Origin: an uncultured Planctomycetota bacterium
GTDB taxonomy: Bacteria; Planctomycetota; Planctomycetia; Isosphaerales; Isosphaeraceae
Direction of reading: 5' to 3'
Assembly (NCBI GenBank): GCA_963737655.1
Contig: CAVTTN010000002.1
Location: 6,336,001 to 6,400,000, forward strand
DNA: 64,000 bases
Part shown: piece after piece, positions 42,385-56,006 of the stretch
Layout: every line of letters begins with the position of its first letter
How positions within the stretch are numbered: the stretch's first letter is position 1
The notes under the pieces: generated by a model
Databases searched by the model: none
The model's input: the letters and a program-made list of their open reading frames with translations, nothing else
What the model was told of the DNA's origin: nothing
Program-made: the position numbers and the translations under genes

Positions 42385-42419
42385 ATCGCGGCGGGCCCCG
42401 GGACTGGAGGACCGACGAC

Positions 42420-43856
42420 TCACCGCCGGACTCGGTTCCCGAGGACGAACCCGAGCAGGCCGGTCAGGGCGATCCCCAGCGAGGCTTGCAGGCCGGTGAG
42501 GAGGTGGACGGCCTCGGTCCGGGGTTCGAGGCCGACGGCCGGGCTGCCGGAGGTGGTCATCGCCAGGAGGCTGAAGACGGCGAGGTCCAGCGGGTTTCTC
42601 GTGACCTGCTTCACCGTCGAGCCGTCGGCCGCCTGGGAGACGACCACGACGCTGTTGGTGATCCCGTAGAGGACGCTGAACAGGAGATAGACGACGGCCA
42701 TCGTGGCGAGGACTCGGGGGATGCTCTCGCCGTAGTCGCAGAGCCATTCGACGGCCTGGTCGCAGGCGAAGCGGGCCCCCTCGTGAAAGGCGGCCGTCCA
42801 TCGACGGTTGCGGAAGGCGGCCCGGGCGGCCTCGATGGCGGCGCGTTTTTGCATCCGGCGACGGCGGCGATAGGCCCAGCTTGAGGCGTCGGCGTCGCCC
42901 CTCTCGGCGAAGTTGCGTTCGAGGCCCTGATAGGCCCGCCCGGCGAGCTCGAACCGACCGGCGAGCTCCTCGCCGATGGCGTCTCCGAGCTGGTCGCGGC
43001 GCAGGCGGGTGCGGTCGAGATAGGCGCCGGCGAGCAGCACGCCCGCGAGCTGGCTCTGGGACAGGTCGAGCCCTTCGAGGCGGGCGTCTCGGAGGTCGGC
43101 CCCGGAGAGGTTCGCCCCGCCGAGGTCCGCCCCTCGGAGGTCGGCCCCGGAGAGGTTCGCCCCCGAGAGGTTGGCCTTGAGGAGGACGGCCCGGCGAAGG
43201 TCGGTCCGCGAGAGGTCGGCCCCGGCCATCCGGGCCTCGCGGAGGTTCGCGGCACGGAACTTGGCCCCCGAGACGTTCGCCTCGCGGAGGTCGGCGCTCC
43301 AGAGGTCGGCCGAGCGGAGGTTCGCGCCTTCGAGCACGGCCTCGCGGAGGTCGGCGAAGCGGAGGGAGGCGCCGGCGAGGTCGGCGTCTTCGAGCATGGC
43401 GCCCCGGAGGTCCGCCTTGCCGAGCTGGGCCCGGGTCAGCCGGGCGGAGGCGAGGTCGGCGCCCGAGAGATTCGCCTCTTCGAGGCGGGCGCGACGGAGG
43501 TCGGCCCCCTGGGCGGCGACCCCGGAGAGATCCGAGCCGCCGAGGTCGATCCCGCGGAGGTCCGCGCGTCGGAGGCGGGCGCCCCGGAGGTCCGCCTTGC
43601 GGAATCGGCCGGTCCTGTGCTCGGCGTCCCACCAGGAGGGCGGCGATCCGCCCTCGGCGACCCTCCGGCCGAGGGCCGTCCGGCTGAGGTCCACCTCGTC
43701 CAGCTCGGCCGGCCCGTCGTCGGTCCTCGGCACGAGGAGGAGGCCGTCGGGATGGTCCTCCACGCTCCTCAAAACGATCTCGGCGCGGGCCGAGGCGGGG
43801 GCGACGGCCAGGCGGTGGCGGGTCGAGGCCGAGGGGGGGGCGGGATCGTCGGTCAC
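42420..43856 (-). CDS. Pentapeptide-repeat protein with a C-terminal two-TM channel-like domain (start uncertain)
   Basis: Long A(D/N)LxG repeat tract; CDYGES, TM, FSLLAMTTSG, TM. Confidence 0.85.
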   Translation of the reverse strand: MTDDPAPPSASTRHRLAVAPASARAEIVLRSVEDHPDGLLLVPRTDDGPAELDEVDLSRTALGRRVAEGGSPPSWWDAEHRTGRFRKADLRGARLRRADLRGIDLGGSDLSGVAAQGADLRRARLEEANLSGADLASARLTRAQLGKADLRGAMLEDADLAGASLRFADLREAVLEGANLRSADLWSADLREANVSGAKFRAANLREARMAGADLSRTDLRRAVLLKANLSGANLSGADLRGADLGGANLSGADLRDARLEGLDLSQSQLAGVLLAGAYLDRTRLRRDQLGDAIGEELAGRFELAGRAYQGLERNFAERGDADASSWAYRRRRRMQKRAAIEAARAAFRNRRWTAAFHEGARFACDQAVEWLCDYGESIPRVLATMAVVYLLFSVLYGITNSVVVVSQAADGSTVKQVTRNPLDLAVFSLLAMTTSGSPAVGLEPRTEAVHLLTGLQASLGIALTGLLGFVLGNRVRR

Positions 43857-44093
43857 GCGAGGGGGCCTCGCCGGGTGAGGGATCGTTTCCGGAGCGGACC
43901 ATCCTACGCAAATCCCAGGGCCCCGGGGACGGCGACCCGGGCCGATTCGCGGGGTTTTTCGGCCTAGTTGGGCGTCGCGGACGGGCATGAGGCGGCCTGC
44001 GGGCGTTGAGAAGCGGCGTGACCTATGGTCGGGATGATGGGCCGGCCTCGGGACGACAGATCCCGAGGTCCAGGCCGCCCCGGGAACTCGACG

Positions 44094-47000
44094 ATGACGC
44101 GACTTCACGCTCGGCGCCGGGCCATCGCCGAGATCGGTCTGCTCTTGCTGCCGGCCCTGGCGGCGATCCTGGGCGGATCGTTGAGCCTGGCCCTGGCCGG
44201 CGGCGCCGGAGGATGGGTCGTGGGGCCGGCACTGGGGGCGGGGGCCGTCCTGGTCCTGGCCGGCAGCTTCGCCCTGGTCCGGTCGGCGGCGGATCGGTCG
44301 TTGGCCCTGGCGGCGGAGCGGGACGGCCGCCGCGATCAGGTCGAGGCGGCCCTGCGCGAGACCGAGGCCCGGCTCGAAGCGATCCTCGATGCGACCGAGG
44401 CCGTCGTCTACCTCAAGGACCTCGACGGCCGATACCTCCTGATGAATCGCCGCTGGATCGCCATGTACCCGGGCACCAGGGAAATGGTCCTGGGCAGGAC
44501 CGACCACGACCTGTTCCCGCCCGATGTCGCCGCGACCTTCCGCCTCAACGACCGCAAGGCCCTGGAGGCCGGCGAGGCCGTGGAGTCTGAGGAGATCGTC
44601 CCGGGCGTCGATGGGGTCCGCACGTACCTCTCGATCAAGGTGCCGCTGTTCGACGCCTCGGGCCGGCCCTACGCCACCTGCGGGATCTCCACGGACATCA
44701 CCCAGAGGAAGAGGGCCGAGGAGTCGCTCCGGGCCAGCGAGGAGCGGTTCCGCCTGGCCTTCGAGCACGCGGCGGTCGGCGTGAGCCTGGCCACGCCCGA
44801 CGGCCGGTTCGTCCGCGTGAATTCGGCGTTCTGCGCCCTGACCGGCTACTCGGCCGAGGAGCTGGGGGATCGGACCATCCTGGCGATCACCCACCCCGAG
44901 GACCGCGAGGTGAACCTCCGGCTGCTGGAGCGGCTGCTGATCCGGGAAATCCCCAGCTTCCTTTTGGAGAAGCGGTACATCACCAAGCGGGGCGAGATCG
45001 TCTGGGGCAAGTGCAGCGTGTCGATCATCCCGGACGGGAGCGGCGGGCCGGGCCACCTGATCACGCTGACCGAGGACATCACCGAGCGGAAGAGGGCCGA
45101 GGCCGAGCGGGCCGAGGCGGCCCAGACCCTCCAGAAGATCCTGGAGACGGTGCCGGATATCCTTTACGCCCTGGACCTCGAAGGCCGGGTCGTCCGCTGG
45201 AATCGGCCCCTGGAGGTCGCCACCGGGTTATCCTCCGAGGAGATCCACGGCCGCCACGCCCTGCGATTCTTCGCGGAGGAGGATCAGGCCACGATCCATG
45301 AGGCGATCTTGCGGGCCCATCGCGACGGGTTCGCCGAGAGCGAGGGCCAACTGCTCCATAAAGACGGTCATTCGACGATCTATCAATGGACCGGAGTCCC
45401 GCTGAAGGACGACGCCGGGCGGGTCGTGGGGCTGACCGGGGTGGGGCGGGACATCTCGGCCCTGAAGGCCGTCGAGGCGGACCTCCGCGCCTCGTATGAC
45501 GCCACGATCGAAGGCTGGGCGCGGTTGCTGGACCTCCGCGACCGCGAGACCGAGGGGCATTCGCGGAGGGTCACCGAAAGGACGGTCCGGCTCGCCCGGG
45601 CGATGGGCATGGGCGGCCCCGACCTCGAGCAGGTCCGCCGCGGGGCCCTGCTCCACGACATCGGCAAGATGGGCATCCCCGACGCCGTGTTGCTCAAGGA
45701 AGGCTCGCTCACGCCCGAGGAATGGTCCGTGATGCGGACCCACCCCAGCCTCGCCGCCGAGATGCTCTCGGCCATCGACTTCCTCCGCCCCGCCGTGGAG
45801 ATCCCCTGGAACCATCACGAACGGTGGGACGGATCGGGCTATCCCCGAGGGCTCAAGGGCGAGGAGATCCCCCTGCCGGCCCGGATCTTCGCCGCGGTGG
45901 ACATCTGGGACGCGCTGACCCACGATCGCCCGTATCGCCGGGCCTGGGCCCCGGAACGAGCCCGGACGTATCTCGAATCGCTCGCCGGCAACCACCTCGA
46001 CCCGAACGTCGTCCGCGAGTTCTGCCTCCTCCTGGACGCGGAGGGGATCGCCCGCGATCCCGAGCCCGCGCCGGCCTCGCCGGCCCCGTCTCCCGAATTC
46101 AGCTCCCCGTCGAGGCCGCCGGAGGTCCTGATCGTCGGCGAGGGCGAGCCGGCCGCACTCCTGGTCGCCCGGCTCGGGGAGATCGGCCACCGGGCCACCG
46201 TCGTGGCCGACGCCGAAGCCTCGTGGAACGCGATCCGGGAAAACGGCCACCGCCTGGTGATCGCCGACTGGGACCGCCCCGACGCCGTCCCCCTGTGCCG
46301 GAGGCTCCGGGCCGGCGACAATGACTTGTATGTCTATCTGTTCGCCGCGACCGCCCGGACCTCGCCCGAGGCCCTGCGGGCGCCCCTGGCCGACGGCGCC
46401 GACGGCGTCCTCGCCTTGCCCCCGGACCCCCGCGAGCTGGAGGCGCGAATCGGGGCCGGCCGAAGGATCGTCACCGCCCACGACGCCCTGATCGCCCGGT
46501 CCGATCGCGCCGACCGCGATCGGGCCCGGCTCCTCGCCCAGAACGAACGGCTCGTCGAGCTGGTCTCGGTGGACTCGCTGACCGGACTCTCCAACCGCCG
46601 GCACGTCCTGGAGTCGCTGGAGATCGAGATCGACGCGGCGACCCGGGGCGGCCGGGAGCTCTCGGTGATCCTCCTGGACGTCGATCGGTTCAAGCTCTAC
46701 AACGACACCCACGGCCACCGGGCCGGCGACGAGGTCCTCCGCCGGCTGGCCCGGGTGCTCCGGACGTCGCTCGATGGCCAGTCGCTGGCGGCTCGCTACG
46801 GAGGCGAGGAGTTCCTGATCCTCCTGCCCGGGGCCGACGTCCGCGAGGCGGGCGAGTCCGCCGAGCGGGTCCGCCGGGCCATCGAGACGGCCGACTGGCC
46901 GCTCCGACCCGTGACCGCCAGCCTCGGGGTCGCGACCCTTCGTTGCGATCTGGCCGACCCCTACGAACTGATCGACGAGGCCGACCAGGCCCTCTATCGA

Positions 47001-47105
47001 TCCAAACGCCGCGGCCGAAACCGCGCCACCCACGCCCTCGACTCCGACCCGAGGAACCCATCCCCGCTCGATACCCTCTGGATGGCCGGCGCCTCGGCCG
47101 GTTGA
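44094..47105 (+). CDS. Membrane 3xPAS + HD-GYP + degenerate REC + GGDEF protein
   Basis: Two TMs, three PAS/PAC, LHDIGK, HHERWDGSGYP, LVIADW, DSLTGL, YGGEEF. Confidence 0.92.
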   Translation: MTRLHARRRAIAEIGLLLLPALAAILGGSLSLALAGGAGGWVVGPALGAGAVLVLAGSFALVRSAADRSLALAAERDGRRDQVEAALRETEARLEAILDATEAVVYLKDLDGRYLLMNRRWIAMYPGTREMVLGRTDHDLFPPDVAATFRLNDRKALEAGEAVESEEIVPGVDGVRTYLSIKVPLFDASGRPYATCGISTDITQRKRAEESLRASEERFRLAFEHAAVGVSLATPDGRFVRVNSAFCALTGYSAEELGDRTILAITHPEDREVNLRLLERLLIREIPSFLLEKRYITKRGEIVWGKCSVSIIPDGSGGPGHLITLTEDITERKRAEAERAEAAQTLQKILETVPDILYALDLEGRVVRWNRPLEVATGLSSEEIHGRHALRFFAEEDQATIHEAILRAHRDGFAESEGQLLHKDGHSTIYQWTGVPLKDDAGRVVGLTGVGRDISALKAVEADLRASYDATIEGWARLLDLRDRETEGHSRRVTERTVRLARAMGMGGPDLEQVRRGALLHDIGKMGIPDAVLLKEGSLTPEEWSVMRTHPSLAAEMLSAIDFLRPAVEIPWNHHERWDGSGYPRGLKGEEIPLPARIFAAVDIWDALTHDRPYRRAWAPERARTYLESLAGNHLDPNVVREFCLLLDAEGIARDPEPAPASPAPSPEFSSPSRPPEVLIVGEGEPAALLVARLGEIGHRATVVADAEASWNAIRENGHRLVIADWDRPDAVPLCRRLRAGDNDLYVYLFAATARTSPEALRAPLADGADGVLALPPDPRELEARIGAGRRIVTAHDALIARSDRADRDRARLLAQNERLVELVSVDSLTGLSNRRHVLESLEIEIDAATRGGRELSVILLDVDRFKLYNDTHGHRAGDEVLRRLARVLRTSLDGQSLAARYGGEEFLILLPGADVREAGESAERVRRAIETADWPLRPVTASLGVATLRCDLADPYELIDEADQALYRSKRRGRNRATHALDSDPRNPSPLDTLWMAGASAG

Positions 47106-47252
47106 GCCGTGGCGATCCGTATCAATAGAGTCAAATCATATTTTCGTCTGCGAGGATACGATCCGGCACCAATTTTGGGAGACGCGATCGTTTACGCCCC
47201 CCGTCGGACGCCCCGGTCCCGGGAGTCGCGTCGGGCGAGGCGGGAAAATTCC

Positions 47253-48470
47253 CAGGGTCGATCGGTTATTTAATCTGTAGTAGACTCCCGGTTCCTCTCT
47301 GGGAGTGTATGACACCGATGACCTACGCACCCCCCGGCAGCCTGCTCGCATTCCTCGCCGAGGTCCCCGACCCGCGGTCCCGGCACGGCCGGAGGCATCC
47401 GATGGTCGCGATGCTGGCCCACGCCTGCTGCGCCATCCTCTGCGGGTGCCGCGGCTATGCCGCCATCGCCCAGTGGGGCCGGGACCAGCCGATCGAGCTC
47501 ATGCACCGCCTCGGCTACCGCCGCCGGCCCGCCTCCTTCGGCGCCTTCCAGGCCCTCTTCGCCCGCCTCCCGGCCGACGCCCTGGAGGCCGCCGTGGCCC
47601 GCTGGGCCGAGCACCTGCTGGGGCCGCGGGCCGGCCCGGGCCTGCGGGCCGTGGCGCTCGACGGCAAGTCCTCCCGCGGCAGCGGCACGGCCGCCGCCCC
47701 CGCGGTCCACCTGCTGGCGGCCCTGGACCAGCAGACCGGGTGCGTGCTGGCCCAGGCCCGCGTCCCGGCCGAGACCAACGAGCACAAGGCGGCGCTGCGG
47801 CTCCTGGAGGGGATGGTGCTGGAGGGCCGCGTGATCACCGGCGACGCGGCGTTCTGCCAGCGCGATCTGTGCCGCCAGGTGGTCGACGCCGGCGGCCACT
47901 ACCTGGTCAAGGTCGACGACAACCAGCCGACCCTGAAGGCGGACATCGCGGCCGCCTTCGGGCCGGCCTTTTCCCCCCTACGGCCGGCGGAAGGCGGCCG
48001 AGCAGGCCGACGTGGCGACGGCCCTGGACAAGCACGGCGGGCGGGTCGAGCGGCGGGTGCTGCGGACGACCACGGCGCTCAACGGCTACCTGGACTGGCC
48101 GGGGGTGGCGCAGGTCGGGCTCCTGGAGCGGACGGTCGCGGCCGGGGGTGGGGTGACCGTGGAGGTCCAGTACCTGATCACCAGCGTGCCGCGCGTCAGC
48201 GCCGAGGCGGCGGCGCTCCTGGGGTGGGTGCGGGGCCACTGGGGGATCGAGAACCGGCTGCACTACGTCCGGGACGTGACGATGGGGGAGGACGCCAACC
48301 GGACCCGGAGCGGGTCGGGGCCGCAGGCGCTGGCGGCGCTGCGGAACCTGGCCGTCAGTAAGCTGCGGCTCGACGGGGTGACGAACATCGCCGCCGGCCT
48401 GCGGCGGAACGCCGCCCGCGTCCGAGACCTGCTCGCGAGCTTGTGCATCTTGAAACACTGATCGGCCCTG
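47253..48470 (+). mobile_element. ISAs1-family insertion sequence
   Basis: IRL cagggtcgatcggtt, IRR (reverse complement) cagggccgatcagtg; direct repeat gggaaaattcc at 47242-47252 and 48471-48481. Confidence 0.93.
47309..48461 (+). CDS. ISAs1 transposase, frameshifted at T4C6 (47969-47978)
   Basis: VPDPR, ALDGK, TNE, ITGDAAFCQ, NQPTL, then in the +1 frame HGGRVERR, RGHWGIENRLHYVRDVTMGED. Confidence 0.92.
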
Positions 48471-48562
48471 GGGAAAATTCCGACCCTCGGCGCCTCCTCC
48501 GCGTTATGATGGTCGGTGACGCCCGCCCGCCCGATGCGCCCCTTGCGAGAGGCCCGAACCGG

Positions 48563-49348
48563 ATGACCCCGCCCGAGATGGCCGTCGCCCAGGAGGCGGC
48601 CCGAGCCGCCGGAGCGATCCTGTCGCGATTCTTCCGCGACGGCGTCACGATGCGCGAGAAGGACGTCGCCAACCTCGTCTCCGACGCCGATCTCCAGGCC
48701 GAGGCCGCGATCGTCGAGGTCATCCGCGAGCACTTCCCGACCCACGAAGTCCTCGGCGAGGAATCGCACGAGGGGAGCCTTTCGGCCGAGCATCTCTGGG
48801 TCGTCGATCCCCTGGACGGCACCGCGAACTTCGCCCACAAGATCCCTCATTTCGCCGTCTCCATCGCCTACTATCGAGCCGGCCGGGCCGAATGCGGGGT
48901 CGTCTTCAACCCGATCTCCGACGAATGGTACACCGCGGTCCGAGGCGAGGGCGCCTTCCTCAACGGCCGACCGATCCACGTCTCGCGGCATGCCCATTTG
49001 AACGAGGTCATCATCGGCTTCGGGCTCCCGTACGACCGAGGTCGCCTGATGGAAGCCACGCTCTCCGCGACGGCCGAATTGATCCGCGCCGAGACGCATG
49101 GCGTTCGGCGGATCGGGACGGCGGCCGTCGATTTCTGCCTCGTCGCGAATGGCCAGTTCGGCGCCTACTTCGAATACCTGCTCTCCCCCTGGGATTTCGC
49201 CGCCGGCCGCCTGATCTGCGAGGAGGCCGGGGGGACCGTGACCGACGCCAGGGGCGATCCGCTGACACTGGGCCGCCGAAGCGTGCTCGCCTCCAACGGC
49301 CCCTTGCACGAAGCCATGCTCGAAGTCCTGAAACCGCGACACCCGTAG
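48563..49348 (+). CDS. Inositol monophosphatase family protein
   Basis: LVSDAD, LGEE, WVVDPLDGTANF, PWDFAAG. Confidence 0.92.
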   Translation: MTPPEMAVAQEAARAAGAILSRFFRDGVTMREKDVANLVSDADLQAEAAIVEVIREHFPTHEVLGEESHEGSLSAEHLWVVDPLDGTANFAHKIPHFAVSIAYYRAGRAECGVVFNPISDEWYTAVRGEGAFLNGRPIHVSRHAHLNEVIIGFGLPYDRGRLMEATLSATAELIRAETHGVRRIGTAAVDFCLVANGQFGAYFEYLLSPWDFAAGRLICEEAGGTVTDARGDPLTLGRRSVLASNGPLHEAMLEVLKPRHP

Positions 49349-49418
49349 TGTGCATGAAATGCACCGACCCGCGGCGGGCAAGGCCCGCCCACCATCCCTC
49401 TCCCCGGAGGCCACCTCG

Positions 49419-50711
49419 ATGACGGACCCCAATCGTCGAACCTTCCTGACCGCGGCCGGGGCGGCCGTGACCACCGGCCTGGCCTCCTCGCGATCCCTCG
49501 CCCAGCAGGGCCCGAACGAGACGGTTCGGGCCGCCGTCCTCGGCCTGAACTCACGAGGGCAGACGCACATCGAAGGCTTCATGGGCACTCCGGGCGTGAA
49601 GGTGACCGTCCTCTGCGACCCGGACCAAAAAGTCCTGGACTCCCGCGCCAAGGGGTTCGAATCGAGGTTCGGCTACAGGCCCGAGACCGAGACGGATCTC
49701 CGCAAGGTCTTCGACCGCAAGGACGTGGACGTGGTCAGCGTGGCCACGCCCAACCACTGGCACGCCCTGGCCACCGTCTGGGCCTGCAACGCCGGCAAGG
49801 ATGTTTACGTGGAGAAGCCGGGGACGCACAACGTCTCCGAGGGCCGCAAGATGATCGACGCGGCGAAGAAGAACGGCCGGGTCGTGCAGCACGGCGTCCA
49901 GCTCCGCAGCTCCGAGGCGATCCGCGAGGCCGTCGAGGCGATGCGCAACGGACTGATCGGCAAGCTCTACCTGGCCCGAGGCCTGGTCTTCCGCAACCGG
50001 CCGTCCGTCGGCCACGCCAAGGACCCGGACACCCCGCCGAGCGACTTCAGCTGGGACCTCTGGCAGGGACCCGCGCAGGAGAGGCCGTTCTCGAAGAAGT
50101 TCGTGCATTACAACTGGCACTGGCACTGGGCCTACGGCAACGGCGACGTCGGCAACCAGGGCGTCCACGAGACCGACATGTGCCTCTGGGGCCTGGGCCT
50201 GGAGACCCTGCCGACGGAGATCGTCGCCATGGGCGGCAAGTTCCTCTGGGACGACGACAAGGAGACCCCCGAGGTCCTCTCCAGCAGCTACAGCTTCCCC
50301 GAGCAGAAGCAGATGATCGAGTTCGAGGTCCGCCCCTGGGCCACCAACACCGAGGGGGGCGCGGGCGTCGGCAACCTCTTCTACGGGAGCGAGGGCTACC
50401 TCGTCGTCAAGGGATACAATTCCTACGAGGCGTTCGACCAGAAGGGCAAGTCCATCAAGAAGAAGAGCGACGGCGACCCCGTGGCCAGGCACTTCGCGAA
50501 CTTCATCGACGCCGTCCGCCACCGAGACCCCTCCCGCCTCCACGCCCCGGTGGAGACCGCCCACACCAGCTCCTCGCTCGCCCACCTGGGCAACATCGCC
50601 TACCGCGTCGGCCGCCGCCTGAAGTTCGACCCGGCCTCCGAGACCTTCCCGGGCGACGGCGAGGCCAACGCCCTCCTGACCCGCGAATACCGCAAGCCAT
50701 TCGTGATCTGA
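49419..50711 (+). CDS. Tat-exported Gfo/Idh/MocA oxidoreductase
   Basis: NRRTFL, ATPNHWH, DVYVEKP, GNQGVH. Confidence 0.92.
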   Translation: MTDPNRRTFLTAAGAAVTTGLASSRSLAQQGPNETVRAAVLGLNSRGQTHIEGFMGTPGVKVTVLCDPDQKVLDSRAKGFESRFGYRPETETDLRKVFDRKDVDVVSVATPNHWHALATVWACNAGKDVYVEKPGTHNVSEGRKMIDAAKKNGRVVQHGVQLRSSEAIREAVEAMRNGLIGKLYLARGLVFRNRPSVGHAKDPDTPPSDFSWDLWQGPAQERPFSKKFVHYNWHWHWAYGNGDVGNQGVHETDMCLWGLGLETLPTEIVAMGGKFLWDDDKETPEVLSSSYSFPEQKQMIEFEVRPWATNTEGGAGVGNLFYGSEGYLVVKGYNSYEAFDQKGKSIKKKSDGDPVARHFANFIDAVRHRDPSRLHAPVETAHTSSSLAHLGNIAYRVGRRLKFDPASETFPGDGEANALLTREYRKPFVI

Positions 50712-50727
50712 GAGCCGACCGCCAGGC

Positions 50728-50788
50728 CGCCAGGGGAGGAGCGGGACGGGAGTTCTTCGAGGATCTCGCCTCTCCTCCTCCCTTGGCG
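50728..50788. repeat. Imperfect inverted repeat after the oxidoreductase gene
   Basis: cgccaggggaggag / ctcctcccttggcg. Confidence 0.6.
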
Positions 50789-50862
50789 CCCGAGGCGGCC
50801 GGGCGGTTCAATGGAATCTTCCCCCGCCGATCGACGGCCCCGCGCCGGACGGAATCCCACCC

Positions 50863-54461
<3,599 letters not shown>

Positions 54462-54467
54462 CCCCTC

Positions 54468-55907
54468 ATGACCCCCGAAATCGCCAGAGAACGCCTCCGA
54501 GGGGCCACCCGCCGCCACTTCTTCCGCGAGTGCGGCGTGGGTGTGGGCAAGATCGCGCTGGCGTCCCTGATGATGGAATCCGGCCTCCTCGCCGCCCCTC
54601 CGGCCGTCGATCCCCTGGCGCCAAGGCCGCCGCACTTCGCGCCGAAGGCCAAGCGAGTCATTTACTTGTTCATGGCCGGCGCCCCCAGTCAGCTCGACCT
54701 GTTCGACCACAAGGAGACGCTCAAGAAGTACGACGGCCAGCCGGTCCCGGCGGAGGTCGTGAAGGGGCAGCGCTATGCGTTCATCCGTCCCGACGCGAGC
54801 CTGATGGCGTCGCGGTTCCGGTTCGCCCGGCATGGCCGGTGCGGCTCGGAGCTTTCCGAGATGCTCCCGAACCTGGCGAAGGTCGTGGATGAGATCGCCC
54901 TGGTCAAGTCGATGCACACCGATCAGTTCAATCACGCACCCGCTCAAATCTTCATCAATTCGGGGTCGAGCTTGCCGGGGCGTCCGAGCATGGGTTCCTG
55001 GGTGACCTACGGCCTGGGGAGCGAGGCGAGCGACCTGCCGGGATTCGTCGTCCTCTCCTCGGGGTCGGGGATCAGCGGGGGCGCGGCGAACTGGTCGAGC
55101 GGGTTCTTGCCGACGGCCTACCAGGGCGTCCCGTTCCGCTCGAAGGGCGACCCGATCCTGGACGTGAGCAGCCCCGAGGGGTTCGACGGCCGCCTCCAGA
55201 GGGACTCGCTGGACCTGATCCGCGACCTCAACGGCCGGCACCTTTCCGACACGGGCGACCCCGAGATCGCCACCAGGATCGCTTCGTATGAGATGGCGTA
55301 TCGGATGCAGACCAGCGCCCCGGAGTTGATGGACCTCTCGGGCGAGTCTCGCGAGACGATGGAGCTCTACGGGGCCGAGCCCGGCAAGGGTTCGTTCGCG
55401 AACAACTGCCTGCTCGCCCGCCGGTTGATCGAGCGAGGCGTGCGGTTCGTGAACCTCTACCACGAGGGTTGGGACCATCATTCGGACGTGGCCGGCGGTT
55501 TGAAGTCGCAGTGCGGCCAGACCGATCGCGCCTCGGCGGCCCTCGTCCTGGACCTGAAGCGGCGGGGGCTCCTGGAAGACACCCTGGTCGTCTGGGGAGG
55601 CGAGTTCGGCCGGACGCCGATGGTCGAATCCAACGCGGCGCTGGGCCGGAGCCTGGGCCGGGACCATCACCCCCAGGCGTTCACGATGTGGTTCGCCGGA
55701 GGGGGCATCAAGGCCGGGATGACGATGGGGGCGACCGACGACCTGGGCTTCCACGTCGTCGAATCGCCGGTCCACGTCCACGACCTCCAGGCGACGATCC
55801 TCCACCTGCTCGGCCTCGATCACACCCGGCTCACGTTCCAGTCCCAGGGACGCGACTTCCGGTTGACCGACGTGGGCGGGGACGTGGTGAAGGGATTGCT
55901 CGCATGA
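54468..55907 (+). CDS. DUF1501 family protein
   Basis: [36 protein letters not shown]. Confidence 0.93.
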   Translation: MTPEIARERLRGATRRHFFRECGVGVGKIALASLMMESGLLAAPPAVDPLAPRPPHFAPKAKRVIYLFMAGAPSQLDLFDHKETLKKYDGQPVPAEVVKGQRYAFIRPDASLMASRFRFARHGRCGSELSEMLPNLAKVVDEIALVKSMHTDQFNHAPAQIFINSGSSLPGRPSMGSWVTYGLGSEASDLPGFVVLSSGSGISGGAANWSSGFLPTAYQGVPFRSKGDPILDVSSPEGFDGRLQRDSLDLIRDLNGRHLSDTGDPEIATRIASYEMAYRMQTSAPELMDLSGESRETMELYGAEPGKGSFANNCLLARRLIERGVRFVNLYHEGWDHHSDVAGGLKSQCGQTDRASAALVLDLKRRGLLEDTLVVWGGEFGRTPMVESNAALGRSLGRDHHPQAFTMWFAGGGIKAGMTMGATDDLGFHVVESPVHVHDLQATILHLLGLDHTRLTFQSQGRDFRLTDVGGDVVKGLLA

Positions 55908-55932
55908 ATCGTGGGGAGGCGGGTTCCTCGGC

Positions 55933-55996
55933 GGATCACGCCGAATTTCGCGGAGCGGAACGCTCGTTTCCTCGATCCGCGAAGCGCGGCGTGATC
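55933..55996. repeat. Degenerate REP-like inverted repeat between convergent genes
   Basis: gatcacgccg...ttcgcgga / tccgcgaa...cggcgtgatc. Confidence 0.65.
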
Positions 55997-56006
55997 GGCG
56001 GACCGA

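Noticed and set aside
43040..43600. Periodic 15/30-bp DNA repeats as a CRISPR array
   Set aside because: They are coding pentapeptide repeats with no unique spacers and no cas genes.
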